From assembly GCA_963848445.1 (NCBI GenBank), contig CAWKDT010000001.1, forward strand, positions 330,667 to 394,666: a stretch of 64,000 bases of DNA, given 5' to 3'. Shown piece after piece: positions 28,154 through 37,663 of this stretch. The notes under the pieces were generated by a model. That model made no database searches, was not told the origin of the DNA, and saw nothing but the letters and a program-made list of their open reading frames with translations. Origin of the DNA: Candidatus Dormiibacterota bacterium (GTDB lineage Bacteria; Chloroflexota; Dormibacteria; Aeolococcales; Aeolococcaceae). The number at the start of each line of letters is the position of its first letter. The stretch's first letter is position 1. The position numbers and the translations under genes were made by a program.

Positions 28154-28800
28154 GTGGCCGCCACCGAAACGCGGCCCCGCGAAAGGGCCCGCTGGATCGC
28201 CGCGAGGACGACGTCGGCGACGATCCCGATCGCGGCCACCGGCAGGATGCCGGCTAGCACGGCATCGAGCGTCCCCGTGCTCCTGCCGATCGCCGCCAGG
28301 ATCGTCTGCCCGAGGTCGTTCACCCCGACGGTGGCCCCGACCGTGGCGATCGCGACGATCATCACAGTCGCCTGGCGGATCCCGCCGAGCACGACCGGGA
28401 CGGCGAGCGGCAGCTCGACCTTGCGCAGCACCTGCCAGGAATTCATGCCCATGCCGCGTGCGGACTCCACCACCGCGGGATCGACGGTCTTGATCCCCGC
28501 TCGCGTGTTCCTGGTGACCGGCAGAAGCCCGTACATGACGAGCCCGATGATGACCGGAGGGTTGGCGAGGCCGAACCAGATCGAGAGGAGCCCGAAGAGG
28601 GCGAAGCTCGGCACCGTGAGGATGGTGCTCGTCACCGCCAGGATGAACGTGGACAGGGGCTCGGATCTCGCTGCGGCGATACCGAGCCCCAGGCCGAGCA
28701 GGCTCGTGATCACGATGCACTCGCCCACGATCTCGAGGTGGGTGGCGATCTGTGGACCGATCTGCTCCCAGTTGGCGGCTATGTACTGAAAGACGCTCAC
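28150..28800 (-). CDS. Osmoprotectant ABC transporter permease
   Basis: A multi-TM protein. The EAA loop 'SARGMGMNSWQVLRKVELPLAVP' marks it as a permease. Confidence 0.8.
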   Translation of the reverse strand: MSVFQYIAANWEQIGPQIATHLEIVGECIVITSLLGLGLGIAAARSEPLSTFILAVTSTILTVPSFALFGLLSIWFGLANPPVIIGLVMYGLLPVTRNTRAGIKTVDPAVVESARGMGMNSWQVLRKVELPLAVPVVLGGIRQATVMIVAIATVGATVGVNDLGQTILAAIGRSTGTLDAVLAGILPVAAIGIVADVVLAAIQRALSRGRVSVAAT

Positions 28801-28812
28801 ATCTGTGAGGCG

Positions 28813-29334
28813 TCAGTATCCATTACCTCCCGTGCTGCTGGACGGCGTTGCGGAGGAGCCGCCGGTGGCGCCCGTCTCCGACGAGGTGGTTGCGGGCATC
28901 GCCACGAACCAGGTGTTGCCGAGGCCCTGACCGCTGGTCTGTCCGGCGCCGCTGTCCCCCGAATACGTGTGCAGCGGCCAGCTGTTGTAGGTCGCCTCGG
29001 TCACCTGGGCGCCGTTGAACGTGATCGACACCGTGCCGAGCGTGCCGGTCACGCCCGAGGCCGCGGTGGGCGACCCGGAGACGACGACGGGAGGCCAGGT
29101 CGCGAGGCAGCCGGCGTTGCACGCCCCGACGGTGGCGCTCTTCTCCGGCAGGAAGTAGTAGAGCGTCTGCCCCTGGGAGTTCACGAGCACGGTGCCGAGC
29201 GAGCTGCTGCCGGTGGCGATCGTCGGCGACGTCGAGCTTCCGCTGCCGTTGCCCGGACCGGACGTGGCGGTCGAAGCGGCGCCGCAGGCGGCGAGCGCCC
29301 CGGCACACACCAGTGTCACGAGGATGCGTCGCAT
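28813..29334 (-). CDS. Predicted lipoprotein with tandem COG4315-type repeat (secreted repeat of unknown function)
   Basis: Lipobox 'LAACG'. The motifs 'GQTLYYFLPE...GAC...WPP' and 'TYNSWPLHTYSGD' match PF03640-type repeats. It lies 13 bp upstream of the opu operon. Confidence 0.65.
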   Translation of the reverse strand: MRRILVTLVCAGALAACGAASTATSGPGNGSGSSTSPTIATGSSSLGTVLVNSQGQTLYYFLPEKSATVGACNAGCLATWPPVVVSGSPTAASGVTGTLGTVSITFNGAQVTEATYNSWPLHTYSGDSGAGQTSGQGLGNTWFVAMPATTSSETGATGGSSATPSSSTGGNGY

Positions 29335-29405
29335 GGTGGAGAACCTCTGCTGTGGTGGATGCAGAGGAGTACGGCCGGACGTTACGTGGCGGGTATTCTC
29401 TGCAC

Positions 29406-29606
29406 ATGTGCAGAAGCATCAAGACGCTGCGCGGCGCTGACCCGCCCGCAGGCGAGGACGAGACGCGCGCGGCCGCGCTGCAGTTCGTGCGCAAGATCAG
29501 CGGCTACCGGGCTCCGTCCGTCGCGAACCGGCCGGCCTTCGACGCCGCGGTCGACGAGGTGACGGCAGCGACGGCCCGCCTGCTCGAAACTCTGCAAACA
29601 CGATGA
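29406..29606 (+). CDS. DUF2277-family small protein
   Basis: 'MCRSIKTLRGADPPAGEDETRAAALQFVRKISGYRAPSVANRPAFDAAVDEV' matches the conserved actinobacterial DUF2277. The start was moved to the internal ATG. Confidence 0.7.
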   Translation: MCRSIKTLRGADPPAGEDETRAAALQFVRKISGYRAPSVANRPAFDAAVDEVTAATARLLETLQTR

Positions 29607-29657
29607 ATCAGCCGCCGGACGGCGGATAATTCACCCCATGCGACGCAGCCGGATGCC

Positions 29658-30056
29658 TTACTCCGACTCGATCGCACCCATCGTGATGCTGCCGTTCACG
29701 GTGCCGCCGTCGTCAACGCGCAATCTGGTGGCGCGAACGTCTCCGCGTACGACCCCGCTTCCGGAGACGCTCAGGCGTCCGCGGGCGACCACGTTGCCGG
29801 TCACGTTGCCGCGCACCGTGACGTTGCGACCATCGATGCTCGCGCGCACCGTCGCGGATCCTTCGACGTCGACGTCGCCTGACGCGCTGATCTCGCCGTC
29901 CGCGGTGCCCTCGATGTGGAGATCACCCTCGATGGTCAGCGAGCCGTTGAGCACGTCGCGCGGCCCGAGCGTGACTCCCTTGGCGCCCGCCGCGCCGTTC
30001 CGGTGACCGCCACGTGGAATGGACGCTTCCTCGATCTCGGTGATGATGTTCTCCAT
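29658..30056 (-). CDS. Bactofilin-family polymer-forming protein (DUF583/CcmA)
   Basis: A beta-helical repeat pattern, 'GDLHIEGTADGEISASGDVDVEGSATVRASIDGRNVTVRGNVTGNVVARGRLSVSG'. The start was set at the internal 'MENIIT'. Confidence 0.75.
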   Translation of the reverse strand: MENIITEIEEASIPRGGHRNGAAGAKGVTLGPRDVLNGSLTIEGDLHIEGTADGEISASGDVDVEGSATVRASIDGRNVTVRGNVTGNVVARGRLSVSGSGVVRGDVRATRLRVDDGGTVNGSITMGAIESE

Positions 30057-31101
30057 GGATGTGTCGTCTCCTTCTCGGCCGCTGCTCGGCGCATATCGTA
30101 CTGATCCTGCGCCGCCTCCGCTGGCGGACCACCGCGTCTTCACGACGCACGGCGCCGCGACGGCCGAGATCGAACCGGAGACATTCCGTCAACTGCAACT
30201 CGACTTCTATGAAGATGCTGCGCATCGATACAACTCGTGGGCGGGAGGCGCAAACGTTCGTGCCGCGGAACGGCTTGTCGAGTTCGCCGCAGTGCGGGAC
30301 GGCGAACGCGTGATCGATGTGGGGTGCGGTACCGGCCTTCTCAGCCGCAGCCTCACCACGGCATACCCGGCCCAGGAGCACATGGCGATCGATCTGTCGC
30401 CGGCGATGATCACTCTCGCGCGCGAGCGCACGCCGCCCGGCGCCGGGGTCAGGTACTCGGCGATGGACGCGCACCACCTCGTGTTCCACGACAGCATGTT
30501 CGATGTCGCGATGCTCGGCCAGTCGCTCGCGTACTTCGAGGACCCGTGGCGCGCGCTCGCGGAGGTGCGCCGCGTGCTCACGCCAGGAGGACGGATCGCG
30601 GTGAGCTGCCGCTGCCGCAGCCTGTCGACCCCGGCGCAGGACGTGTTCTTCGATCGCCTGGAGCGGCTCGCCATCCGGTTGCCGCGGACACCTGCCCATC
30701 ACGCGCTCTTCGGCGAACCCTGGGTGCTCAGCGAGATGCTCGAGATGGCGGGTTTCACCGACGTCGCCGTCACTCAGCTGCTCGTCGGCGTCCGAGCCGA
30801 CGACGTGCACGAGTGGACGGAGATGATGGGCGGGTCGGGACCCTGGCCGCACGCGATGCTCGGATTGCTGAGCCCGCGCGCGCGCGCAACCTTCGAGGAG
30901 GAGCTCGATCTCACGATGCATCGCCTCGGCGAAGGTGACTACGCGTTCCACGGCGCATTCACCCTCGCCACGGGACGGCTCCGCGAGCGCTGCTCGGATC
31001 AGCCCTCCGAGGAATCCGAGCCCGAGGTGATCGCCGAGGGCTCCGCCGCCCGGTCGTCGCTGTACGCGTCAGGCTCCGCGCCGGCGTTCACCTCCGCATA
31101 G
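30055..31101 (+). CDS. Class I SAM-dependent methyltransferase
   Basis: Motif I 'VIDVGCGTGLL' and post-I acidic 'AIDLS'. Motif III lies in 'RVLTPGGRIAVS'. The start is uncertain. The 3' ~100 nt overlaps the downstream bactofilin on the opposite strand. Confidence 0.65.
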   Translation: MDVSSPSRPLLGAYRTDPAPPPLADHRVFTTHGAATAEIEPETFRQLQLDFYEDAAHRYNSWAGGANVRAAERLVEFAAVRDGERVIDVGCGTGLLSRSLTTAYPAQEHMAIDLSPAMITLARERTPPGAGVRYSAMDAHHLVFHDSMFDVAMLGQSLAYFEDPWRALAEVRRVLTPGGRIAVSCRCRSLSTPAQDVFFDRLERLAIRLPRTPAHHALFGEPWVLSEMLEMAGFTDVAVTQLLVGVRADDVHEWTEMMGGSGPWPHAMLGLLSPRARATFEEELDLTMHRLGEGDYAFHGAFTLATGRLRERCSDQPSEESEPEVIAEGSAARSSLYASGSAPAFTSA

Positions 31102-31601
31102 GCGCCTTCCTCAGCCTCCGCCTCGACCGCCGAGCCGGTCACGTCGATCGTCGCCTCGTCATCGTGCTCGTCCATCCGCCGTGCGGGCGGGGCGTCGCCG
31201 GAGCCGGCCATCGCGATCGTCGCGTTCACGGTTGCGCCATCCTCGACGCGCAGGCGCGACGAACGCAGCTCACCGGAAAACGTCGCGGTCTCGGCAAGCA
31301 GGACAAGGTCGCGTGCGATCGCGCTGCCCTCGACCTCGCCGGCGATGAGGATGTCGCGCGCTTCGATGCGGGCATGCGCGTTCCCGCTCGATTGCACGCT
31401 CACCTCGCCGGTCGCCGACACGTCGCCCTGGAGGGTGCCCTCGACACGCACGTCGCCTTCGACCTTGAGTGTTCCGATCAACGTGTCACGCGGCCCGAGC
31501 ACCACCGTATTGGGTGTCTCAGGCTGGGACGGCGTCGCAGCACCACGTCGCCCACGTCCACGGCTCGATGTCGATGTCCCGATGTCGCTCGTGTCCATTG
31601 C
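30999..31601 (-). CDS. Bactofilin-family protein with acidic C-terminal tail
   Basis: 'TLKVEGDVRVEGTLQGDVSATGEVSVQSSGNAHARIEARDILIAGEVEGSA' is a bactofilin beta-helix. The Asp/Glu/Ala-rich C-terminus is typical. The start was set at the internal 'MDTSDIG'. Confidence 0.7.
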   Translation of the reverse strand, partial: AMDTSDIGTSTSSRGRGRRGAATPSQPETPNTVVLGPRDTLIGTLKVEGDVRVEGTLQGDVSATGEVSVQSSGNAHARIEARDILIAGEVEGSAIARDLVLLAETATFSGELRSSRLRVEDGATVNATIAMAGSGDAPPARRMDEHDDEATIDVTGSAVEAEAEEGAYAEVNAGAEPDAYSDDRAAEPSAITSGSDSSEG

Positions 31602-31696
31602 GGCTCCTTCGCTACGGCTCGGCGGACTGCGGTGTCGGTAATCGTACAAGTCCGCCCACCGACGGGGTCACGCGTCCACGTTACAAATCGCGCGGC

Positions 31697-32752
31697 TCAG
31701 CCGAGGAGATCGCGGGAGACCGCGGCGGCGCTCGGGGCGCCGGCCAGCCCCATCGCGTGATCGAGCTCATCGCGGAACCCGGCGAGGACTCGCGCGACGC
31801 CCTCGCTTCCCGCGGCGGCCAGGCCCCAGAGCACCGGGCGCCCGATCATCGTGGCTGTGGCGCCGAGCGCGAGCGCGACCAGGACGTCGGTGCCGCTCCG
31901 GACGCCGCCGTCGACCAGCACGGGCCCGCGCCCTTCGACTGCCGCCACGACCTCGGGGAGCGCGACGGCGGGGGCGATCGCCCGGTCGAGCTGGCGGCCA
32001 CCGTGGTTGGACACCACGACCCCGGCGGCGCCCGCGTCGAGGCAGGCGGCCGCGTCGTCCCCGCGGAGGACGCCCTTGACGAGCACGGGGAGCCCGGTCA
32101 TGTCCTTCAGCCACTCGATCGTGTCGAGCGCGATCGTCGGGTCCTGGTCGAGGCTCGGCGCCAGCGTCTCGATCGGAGTATCCGGTGCGACGTGGGCGCC
32201 GAAGTTGACGAGATGCTGCTCCGGGCGCAGCGGCGCCCGATTGCCCCGGCGTTTGAACCCGATATACGGGATGTCGGCGGTCAGCATCAGCGCCCGCGCT
32301 CCCAGCCCGGCCGCCCGCCGGACCAGCTCGGCGGTCAGCCGCCGCTCGCGAACGATGTACACCTGGAACCACCACGGTCCGTCGAGCGCCGCGACCACAT
32401 CCTCGATGACCGCCGTCGCCCTCGTGGCCACCACCATGAGGCCCCCGGCGGCCTTGACGCCACGAGCGGTCTCGACCTCGCCCTCGGGATGGACGAGCTG
32501 GTGGTACGCGGTCGGGGCGACGAGCACCGGCGCGCTGAGCCGGGTGCCGAGCACGTCGATCGCCAGATCCGGCTCCGGCGCGACCGGGAACACGTGCGGG
32601 CGAAGCCGGTGCCGGCGCCACGCCACCCTGGCCTCCTCGAGGCTGAGCTCATCCCCGGCTCCGGCGGCGATGTAGTCGTAGGCGGCTGCCGGGAGGCGCT
32701 CCCGAGCAGCGAGCTCGTATTCGCCGAGGAGATCCGTCAGCGCCACGTCCAT
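31697..32752 (-). CDS. FMN-dependent alpha-hydroxy-acid dehydrogenase/oxidase (LldD / glycolate oxidase family)
   Basis: 'VVSNHGGRQLD', 'GGVRSGTDV' and N-terminal 'YDYIAAGAGDE' are family signatures. Confidence 0.85.
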   Translation of the reverse strand: MDVALTDLLGEYELAARERLPAAAYDYIAAGAGDELSLEEARVAWRRHRLRPHVFPVAPEPDLAIDVLGTRLSAPVLVAPTAYHQLVHPEGEVETARGVKAAGGLMVVATRATAVIEDVVAALDGPWWFQVYIVRERRLTAELVRRAAGLGARALMLTADIPYIGFKRRGNRAPLRPEQHLVNFGAHVAPDTPIETLAPSLDQDPTIALDTIEWLKDMTGLPVLVKGVLRGDDAAACLDAGAAGVVVSNHGGRQLDRAIAPAVALPEVVAAVEGRGPVLVDGGVRSGTDVLVALALGATATMIGRPVLWGLAAAGSEGVARVLAGFRDELDHAMGLAGAPSAAAVSRDLLG

Positions 32753-32790
32753 GACGTGGATTGTGGGTGAGGCGCGCCCCCGGGCGGGGC

Positions 32791-33990
32791 TCAGGCGGCC
32801 GGGGCGGCGGCGAGGGTGATGGTCGCCTGCTGCTGCTTTCCCTGGGGCGTCTCCCAGGAGAGGCTCACCTTGTCGCCCGCGTGATGCTCGAGGAGGATGC
32901 TCTGCAGCGCGTCCTTCGAGTCGACGACCGCGCCACCCAATCCCGTGACCACATCACCGGCGGCAAGGCCCGTCGTCGCCGCCGGACTGCCCGGCGCGAC
33001 ACCGTCGGGAGCTCCGGAGCATCCCGTCCCGATCAGCGCCCCGGGCGGGTCGGTGCTCGTCGTGGCGCACACACCGAGCAGCGCACCGTGGCCGGTGTTG
33101 ATCCTGGGGGCGCCGGATCCGCTCATGATCTGGTGGGCGATGTTCAGCGCGGCGTTGATGGGGATCGCGAACGCTTCCACCGCGCCGGTCTGCTCCCATC
33201 GCCGCCCGCCGCTTGCGGCCGTGTCCATCCCGATGACCTGGTTCGAGCTGTTGAGGAGCGGACCTCCGGAGTCGCCGGGCTGGATGGCCGCGTTCATCTG
33301 GATCATCCCGGAGAGGCTCTCGAGATCGCCGCCCGTCTGATCCGAGGCGGTGATGCTCTGATCGAGCGCCGTCACCTCCCCGCTCGCGGACGATGGCGTG
33401 CCGCCGCGGCCCAGCGCGTTGCCGAGGGCGGTGACGTGGTCGCCGACGTGCACTGTTGACGAATCACCGATCGGTACGGTCGCCAGTCCGGAGACGGCGT
33501 CGAGCTGGATGACGGCAACGTCGTCGGCCACGTCGGTACCGACGACGTGGGCGTCGTACGAGGTGCCACTCGCGGTCAGCTGGACCGTGATCGTCTGCGC
33601 CTGCGCGATCACATGGTTGTTGGTGAGCACCTCCCCGGATGACGTGAGCACCATGCCCGTTCCGGCCGCGGACCCGCCCGCGCCAAGCGTGGTATCGATA
33701 TCCACGATCGCCGAGTCAACGTTGGTGACGCTGTCAGCCGCGTGAATCCCGCGAGTGGCGATCGCCGCGGCTCCCGCGGCGCTGGCGCCGAATGCGACCA
33801 GCACCACTGCGACCGCGAGGACGCGGAGGCGCGATGTGCGTCGCGGTGGTGGTGGCGGTTCGTAGTGGTAGTACTGCGGCCACCAGCCGTCCGGCACAGG
33901 CGGCGACCCCCACCCGGCCGTCCCCCACTGCTCGTGCGATTCGCCCCCAGGCCACGCCGGCGGTCCGGCGGGGACCTCGTCCTCGCTCAT
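32791..33990 (-). CDS. HtrA/DegP-family serine protease with PDZ domain, Pro-rich N-terminus and TM anchor
   Basis: 'TNNHVI' (His), 'DVAVIQL' (Asp) and 'GDSGGPL' (Ser) motifs are present. The C-terminal PDZ carries 'GDVVTGLGG'. Confidence 0.85.
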   Translation of the reverse strand: MSEDEVPAGPPAWPGGESHEQWGTAGWGSPPVPDGWWPQYYHYEPPPPPRRTSRLRVLAVAVVLVAFGASAAGAAAIATRGIHAADSVTNVDSAIVDIDTTLGAGGSAAGTGMVLTSSGEVLTNNHVIAQAQTITVQLTASGTSYDAHVVGTDVADDVAVIQLDAVSGLATVPIGDSSTVHVGDHVTALGNALGRGGTPSSASGEVTALDQSITASDQTGGDLESLSGMIQMNAAIQPGDSGGPLLNSSNQVIGMDTAASGGRRWEQTGAVEAFAIPINAALNIAHQIMSGSGAPRINTGHGALLGVCATTSTDPPGALIGTGCSGAPDGVAPGSPAATTGLAAGDVVTGLGGAVVDSKDALQSILLEHHAGDKVSLSWETPQGKQQQATITLAAAPAA

Positions 33991-34125
33991 GCTGCTTGTA
34001 TTGTCGCGATTCGGGCCTGTCGGATGTGTGACGCGCCGAGCCGGGGACCACCCGGCCCGACGCCATCACGAGCAGCGCTCCCGACCCTGTCGCCGCGCCA
34101 CGTGCCCGGCCGGGGGCCGGGATCC

Positions 34126-34437
34126 CTACATGTCGAACGTCTCGGCAACCTCGATGGTCGCGCCACCCTGCAGCACCGGGCATCCCTTCGCCAGGTTGAC
34201 CGCCGCCTCCATGCTCTCAGCCTGGATGAGGCTGTACCCGGTGGCGGCGTTAGCGCCACCTCCGTCCGAAACCGAGTCCGCGCCGACTGTCCTGGTCTGC
34301 GAGATCGGGTTGCCGCCATCCGCAAGTGCGGGACCGAGGTTCTCGAACCATGTCCCCCACGCCGCCATCACCTGGTCGCGTGCCTCCTGGCCCTCGGGCA
34401 TGCCGCCCCCGTGGTAGACGAGCAGGTACTTCGCCAT
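34126..34437 (-). CDS. YciI-like / dimeric alpha-beta-barrel small protein
   Basis: 103 aa, 'MAKYLLVYHGG...'. It lies immediately downstream of the ECF sigma gene. Confidence 0.5.
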   Translation of the reverse strand: MAKYLLVYHGGGMPEGQEARDQVMAAWGTWFENLGPALADGGNPISQTRTVGADSVSDGGGANAATGYSLIQAESMEAAVNLAKGCPVLQGGATIEVAETFDM

Positions 34438-34457
34438 GTCGTGCCTCCTGTGATCCG

Positions 34458-35699
34458 TCAGCTGTTGTTCGCGCCGCCCGCGGCGCGGATGACCGTGGGT
34501 TCGAGCCGCGCTTCGAGGAGGGCGCGCTCGGACGGGTTGTCGGTGAGCTCGATCGCACGGCGGTCCGCCGCCGTGGCCTCCTCGAGCCTGCCGAACCGGC
34601 GGAGCAGCTCGGCCCGTGTCGCCCAGTAGAGGTGATACCCGCTCAGCTCGTCGCGCAGCGCGTCAAGCTCCTCCATCGCCGGCGCGGGACCGGCCACGTG
34701 CTCCAGCGCGATGGCACGGTTCAGCCGGATGACCGGGCTCGGATTGAGTCGCACGAGTGCGCCATAGAGCGCGAGGATCTGGGCCCAGTCGGTCTCCTCG
34801 AAGGTCGGGGCCTCAGCGTGGCAGGCGGCGATCGCCGCCTGCAGCCAGTAGGGGCCCGGCCGGCCGAGCCGCCGCGCCCGCTCGAGGAGTGCGCCCGCCT
34901 GGGCGATGGCGGCGTGATCCCAACGGGTCCGGTCTTGATCCTGGAGGAGCACGAGCGCCCCGCCGCGGCCGAAACGGGTATCCCGGCGCGCCTCGTGCAG
35001 CTGCATGAGCGCCAGCAGCGCGATGATCTCGGGCTCCTCCGGGAGCAACCGGGCGACCAGACTGCAGAGCCAGACCGCATCGGCGCACAGGTCTCGGCTG
35101 GTCGCGCGATCGGGACCGCTGCCCAGGTAGCCCTCGTTGAACACGATGTAGAGCGACGCGAGCACTTCGGCAAGGCGGTCGGGCAGCTCGTCCGGGCCGG
35201 GCACCCGATACGGGATGCGCGCTCCGACGATCTTGCGCTTGGCCCGCACGATCCGCTGCGCCATGGTCGCCTCGGAGACGAGGAAGGCTTTCGCGATCTG
35301 GCCGGTGGTCATGCCCATGACGGCGCGCAGCGTCAGCGCGACCTGTGCGTCGCGGGCGATCGCGGGATGACAGCACGTGAAGAGCAGGCGCAACCGGTCG
35401 TCGGGGTCCGGGCGCACCGCCGGCGCCCAACCCTCGGTCAGCAATTGGAGCTTCGCCCGATACGCGGTGTCGCGCCTGAGGCGATCGATGGCGCGGCGGC
35501 GCGCCGTCTGGAGGAGCCAGGCCGCCGGCCGGTCGGGAACCCCGTCGACCGGCCAGCGCTGCAGGGCGATGACGACCGCATCCTGGACAAGGTCCTCGGC
35601 GAGATCGAAGTCACCGGTCATCCGGACGAGCGAACCGCAGATCGGGCCGACCTGGTCGCGGAAGACCGCGGTCATCGCGTCGCTCGTAGGGTCGATCAC
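34458..35699 (-). CDS. ECF sigma factor with long C-terminal TPR-like extension (ECF42-like)
   Basis: Sigma-70 region 2 ('DLAEDLVQDAVVIALQRW') and region 4 (HTH 'GMTTGQIAKAFLVSEATMAQRIVRAKRK') are followed by ~230 aa of helical-repeat extension. It is flanked by DGPF/YciI genes. Confidence 0.75.
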   Translation of the reverse strand: MIDPTSDAMTAVFRDQVGPICGSLVRMTGDFDLAEDLVQDAVVIALQRWPVDGVPDRPAAWLLQTARRRAIDRLRRDTAYRAKLQLLTEGWAPAVRPDPDDRLRLLFTCCHPAIARDAQVALTLRAVMGMTTGQIAKAFLVSEATMAQRIVRAKRKIVGARIPYRVPGPDELPDRLAEVLASLYIVFNEGYLGSGPDRATSRDLCADAVWLCSLVARLLPEEPEIIALLALMQLHEARRDTRFGRGGALVLLQDQDRTRWDHAAIAQAGALLERARRLGRPGPYWLQAAIAACHAEAPTFEETDWAQILALYGALVRLNPSPVIRLNRAIALEHVAGPAPAMEELDALRDELSGYHLYWATRAELLRRFGRLEEATAADRRAIELTDNPSERALLEARLEPTVIRAAGGANNS

Positions 35700-35725
35700 C
35701 CCCGCACTCCAGCGTCCAGCGGGGC

Positions 35726-36079
35726 TCAGCCGACCGGGTGGTTCGGCATGTCGTCGTGCGAGATGACGGGCCGGATCTCCACCGCCTGGTCCTGCACAGG
35801 CCAGCCCTTGGCGATCGAGATCGCCTCGTCGAGATCGGTGGCGTCGATCGTGACAAACCCGGCGACTGTCTCCTTTGCCTCCATGAACGGGCCGTCGGTG
35901 ACCATGGGCCGGCCGTCGTTCCAGCGGATGGTCGTCGCGGTGGAGGGAGGCTGCAGCTCTTCGCCGGAGAGCACCTTGCCCCGCCTGCCGAGCTCGCCGA
36001 ACCAGGCATCGATCGCGGCGTAACGCGCCTCGTCGACGGTGCTCGCCTCGTCGCGGATGAACAGCAGCATGTACTTCAC
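35726..36079 (-). CDS. DGPF-domain (YCII-related) protein
   Basis: A literal 'TDGPFMEAKE' motif. 117 aa. It lies upstream of the ECF sigma gene on the same strand. Confidence 0.7.
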   Translation of the reverse strand: MKYMLLFIRDEASTVDEARYAAIDAWFGELGRRGKVLSGEELQPPSTATTIRWNDGRPMVTDGPFMEAKETVAGFVTIDATDLDEAISIAKGWPVQDQAVEIRPVISHDDMPNHPVG

Positions 36080-36205
36080 AGATCAGCTCCTCGGGTCTCG
36101 GGTTGGTCGTCCCATCATGACGACGAACGGCGCCGCCTCAAATCGACAGCCGGGCGACCGCTAACGCACACCGGCTCACGTCGAGGTGATGCACGCTTGC
36201 GATCA

Positions 36206-37072
36206 ATGAGCGAATGGATACTCGAGGGGCGACCACGACTGAGCGAGAACGAGCGGGCGAGGATCGAGCGCCTCCGTCAGGTCTGCGAAGCGGCCGAGCC
36301 CCTGGATCTCAAGATCGAGCTCGACGAGTTGGGCGGCCCGGCGGAACCGCTCCACCGGCTCGCGCTCGTTGCGGGCGAGCTCGTGGGGTACGCGGGCATG
36401 ACGCGCGACACCCGGCCCGAGGCGTGCGGCATGGTGCACCCGGGCTGGCGACGCCGGGGCATCGGCACCTCGCTGCTCGCCGACCTGCGCGCGGTCGCAC
36501 GAGGGCTTGGACGCGAGACCCTCCTGCTCGTCTGCGAGGACTCGGGCCCGACCGCGCTCGACTGGATGCGCCGGCTCGGAGCCGTCCACGAAGCGTCGGA
36601 GCGGCGGATGACACTTCGCGTGGACGCGGACGGGATCGCCATTCGTCGCATCGCGCCGGGCGGCGCGGCGCTCGAGCTTCGCCGGCCCACCGCGGCCGAC
36701 CGCCGGGTTCGGATGCGTCTCCTCATGGAGCGATTCGACGAGACGGCCGAGGAGATCGAGGCGCGCCTCGCGAGCTATGAGGACGGGGAAAGCCTCATCG
36801 CGCTCGACCGAGATGTCGTGGTCGGGACGCTACGGCTGATTCCGGCCCCGGGCCGATGGATGATGTACGGATTCGTGATCGACCGCGAGCGACGCGGTCA
36901 GGGACTGGGATCGCGCATGCTCGCGACCGTGCTGGAGCGTCTCCGCTCCGAGGGTGTGGCCGAGGTCGGCCTCGAGGTTGATCCCGAGAACACGCCCGCG
37001 GTCCGCCTCTATGAGCGCTTCGGGTTCGAGACCGTCACCACGTACCGCTACATGCGCCTGATGACCGCCTGA
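36206..37072 (+). CDS. GNAT-family N-acetyltransferase (tandem GNAT-like domains, MshD-like architecture)
   Basis: Acetyl-CoA-binding motifs 'RRRGIGTSLL' and 'RERRGQGLGSRML' are present. The start is the internal ATG 'MSEWILEGR'. The upstream part of ORF 35738.. is antisense to the DGPF gene. Confidence 0.7.
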   Translation: MSEWILEGRPRLSENERARIERLRQVCEAAEPLDLKIELDELGGPAEPLHRLALVAGELVGYAGMTRDTRPEACGMVHPGWRRRGIGTSLLADLRAVARGLGRETLLLVCEDSGPTALDWMRRLGAVHEASERRMTLRVDADGIAIRRIAPGGAALELRRPTAADRRVRMRLLMERFDETAEEIEARLASYEDGESLIALDRDVVVGTLRLIPAPGRWMMYGFVIDRERRGQGLGSRMLATVLERLRSEGVAEVGLEVDPENTPAVRLYERFGFETVTTYRYMRLMTA

Positions 37073-37075
37073 ACG

Positions 37076-37663
37076 TCAGACCCTCAGCGCGCCCGGGTCA
37101 TGACCCGGATGGGAGTGCCGTGCCTGCCGCAGGCGGCGCACCCAGGCGAAGGTGGGTTGCGGCGGCGGACCGAGATCCCCTGCAGACCCCGCCGGGAGCC
37201 GGCGCCGGGCGAGCTCGAGCCGCATGCTGTCCTCACCTTTGCGCATCGCCCAGCGATGGTTGGCGCTGAACGCGGGGCGCATCAGCCAGGTCAGGCGGCG
37301 CAGGAGCGGCTTCTCTGCCCGTATCCGCCAGTCGTAGTACGCGTTGACGTGGTCACCGTCCGCACGGAATGTCCAGGTCCCCACGCCGACGAAATCGCCA
37401 TCGGCGCGCAGCGACATCCCCCGAGCGCCGTCGTTGCGCGTGGTCGTGAAACGCCAGCAGAGCGTGTAGGGGAGCCAGCCCTTGGTCCACAGGTCGACGA
37501 CACGACCGATGCCGCGCTCATCACCCTCCTCCATCATCCGGACCTCGAGGTACACCGACGGCCACCAGCGCGGCAGGTCTCGGGCATCGCGGAGGACATC
37601 GGCGACATCCTCCGGCGTGCCGACCACCCGCCAGCGCGTGAGGAAGTGATACTCGCTGTTCAT
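37076..37663 (-). CDS. SRPBCC-superfamily protein (polyketide cyclase/dehydrase-like)
   Basis: 'DLPRWWPSV...' is a typical Polyketide_cyc2 N-terminus. The start at the internal ATG overlaps the upstream stop (ATGA). Confidence 0.55.
   Translation of the reverse strand: MNSEYHFLTRWRVVGTPEDVADVLRDARDLPRWWPSVYLEVRMMEEGDERGIGRVVDLWTKGWLPYTLCWRFTTTRNDGARGMSLRADGDFVGVGTWTFRADGDHVNAYYDWRIRAEKPLLRRLTWLMRPAFSANHRWAMRKGEDSMRLELARRRLPAGSAGDLGPPPQPTFAWVRRLRQARHSHPGHDPGALRV

Noticed and set aside
34326-36023. 565-aa plus-strand ORF
   Set aside because: It is antisense to the ECF sigma factor and DGPF genes. Its composition is dominated by Arg/Gly/Ala/Pro and it has no motifs. The minus-strand genes have clear family signatures.
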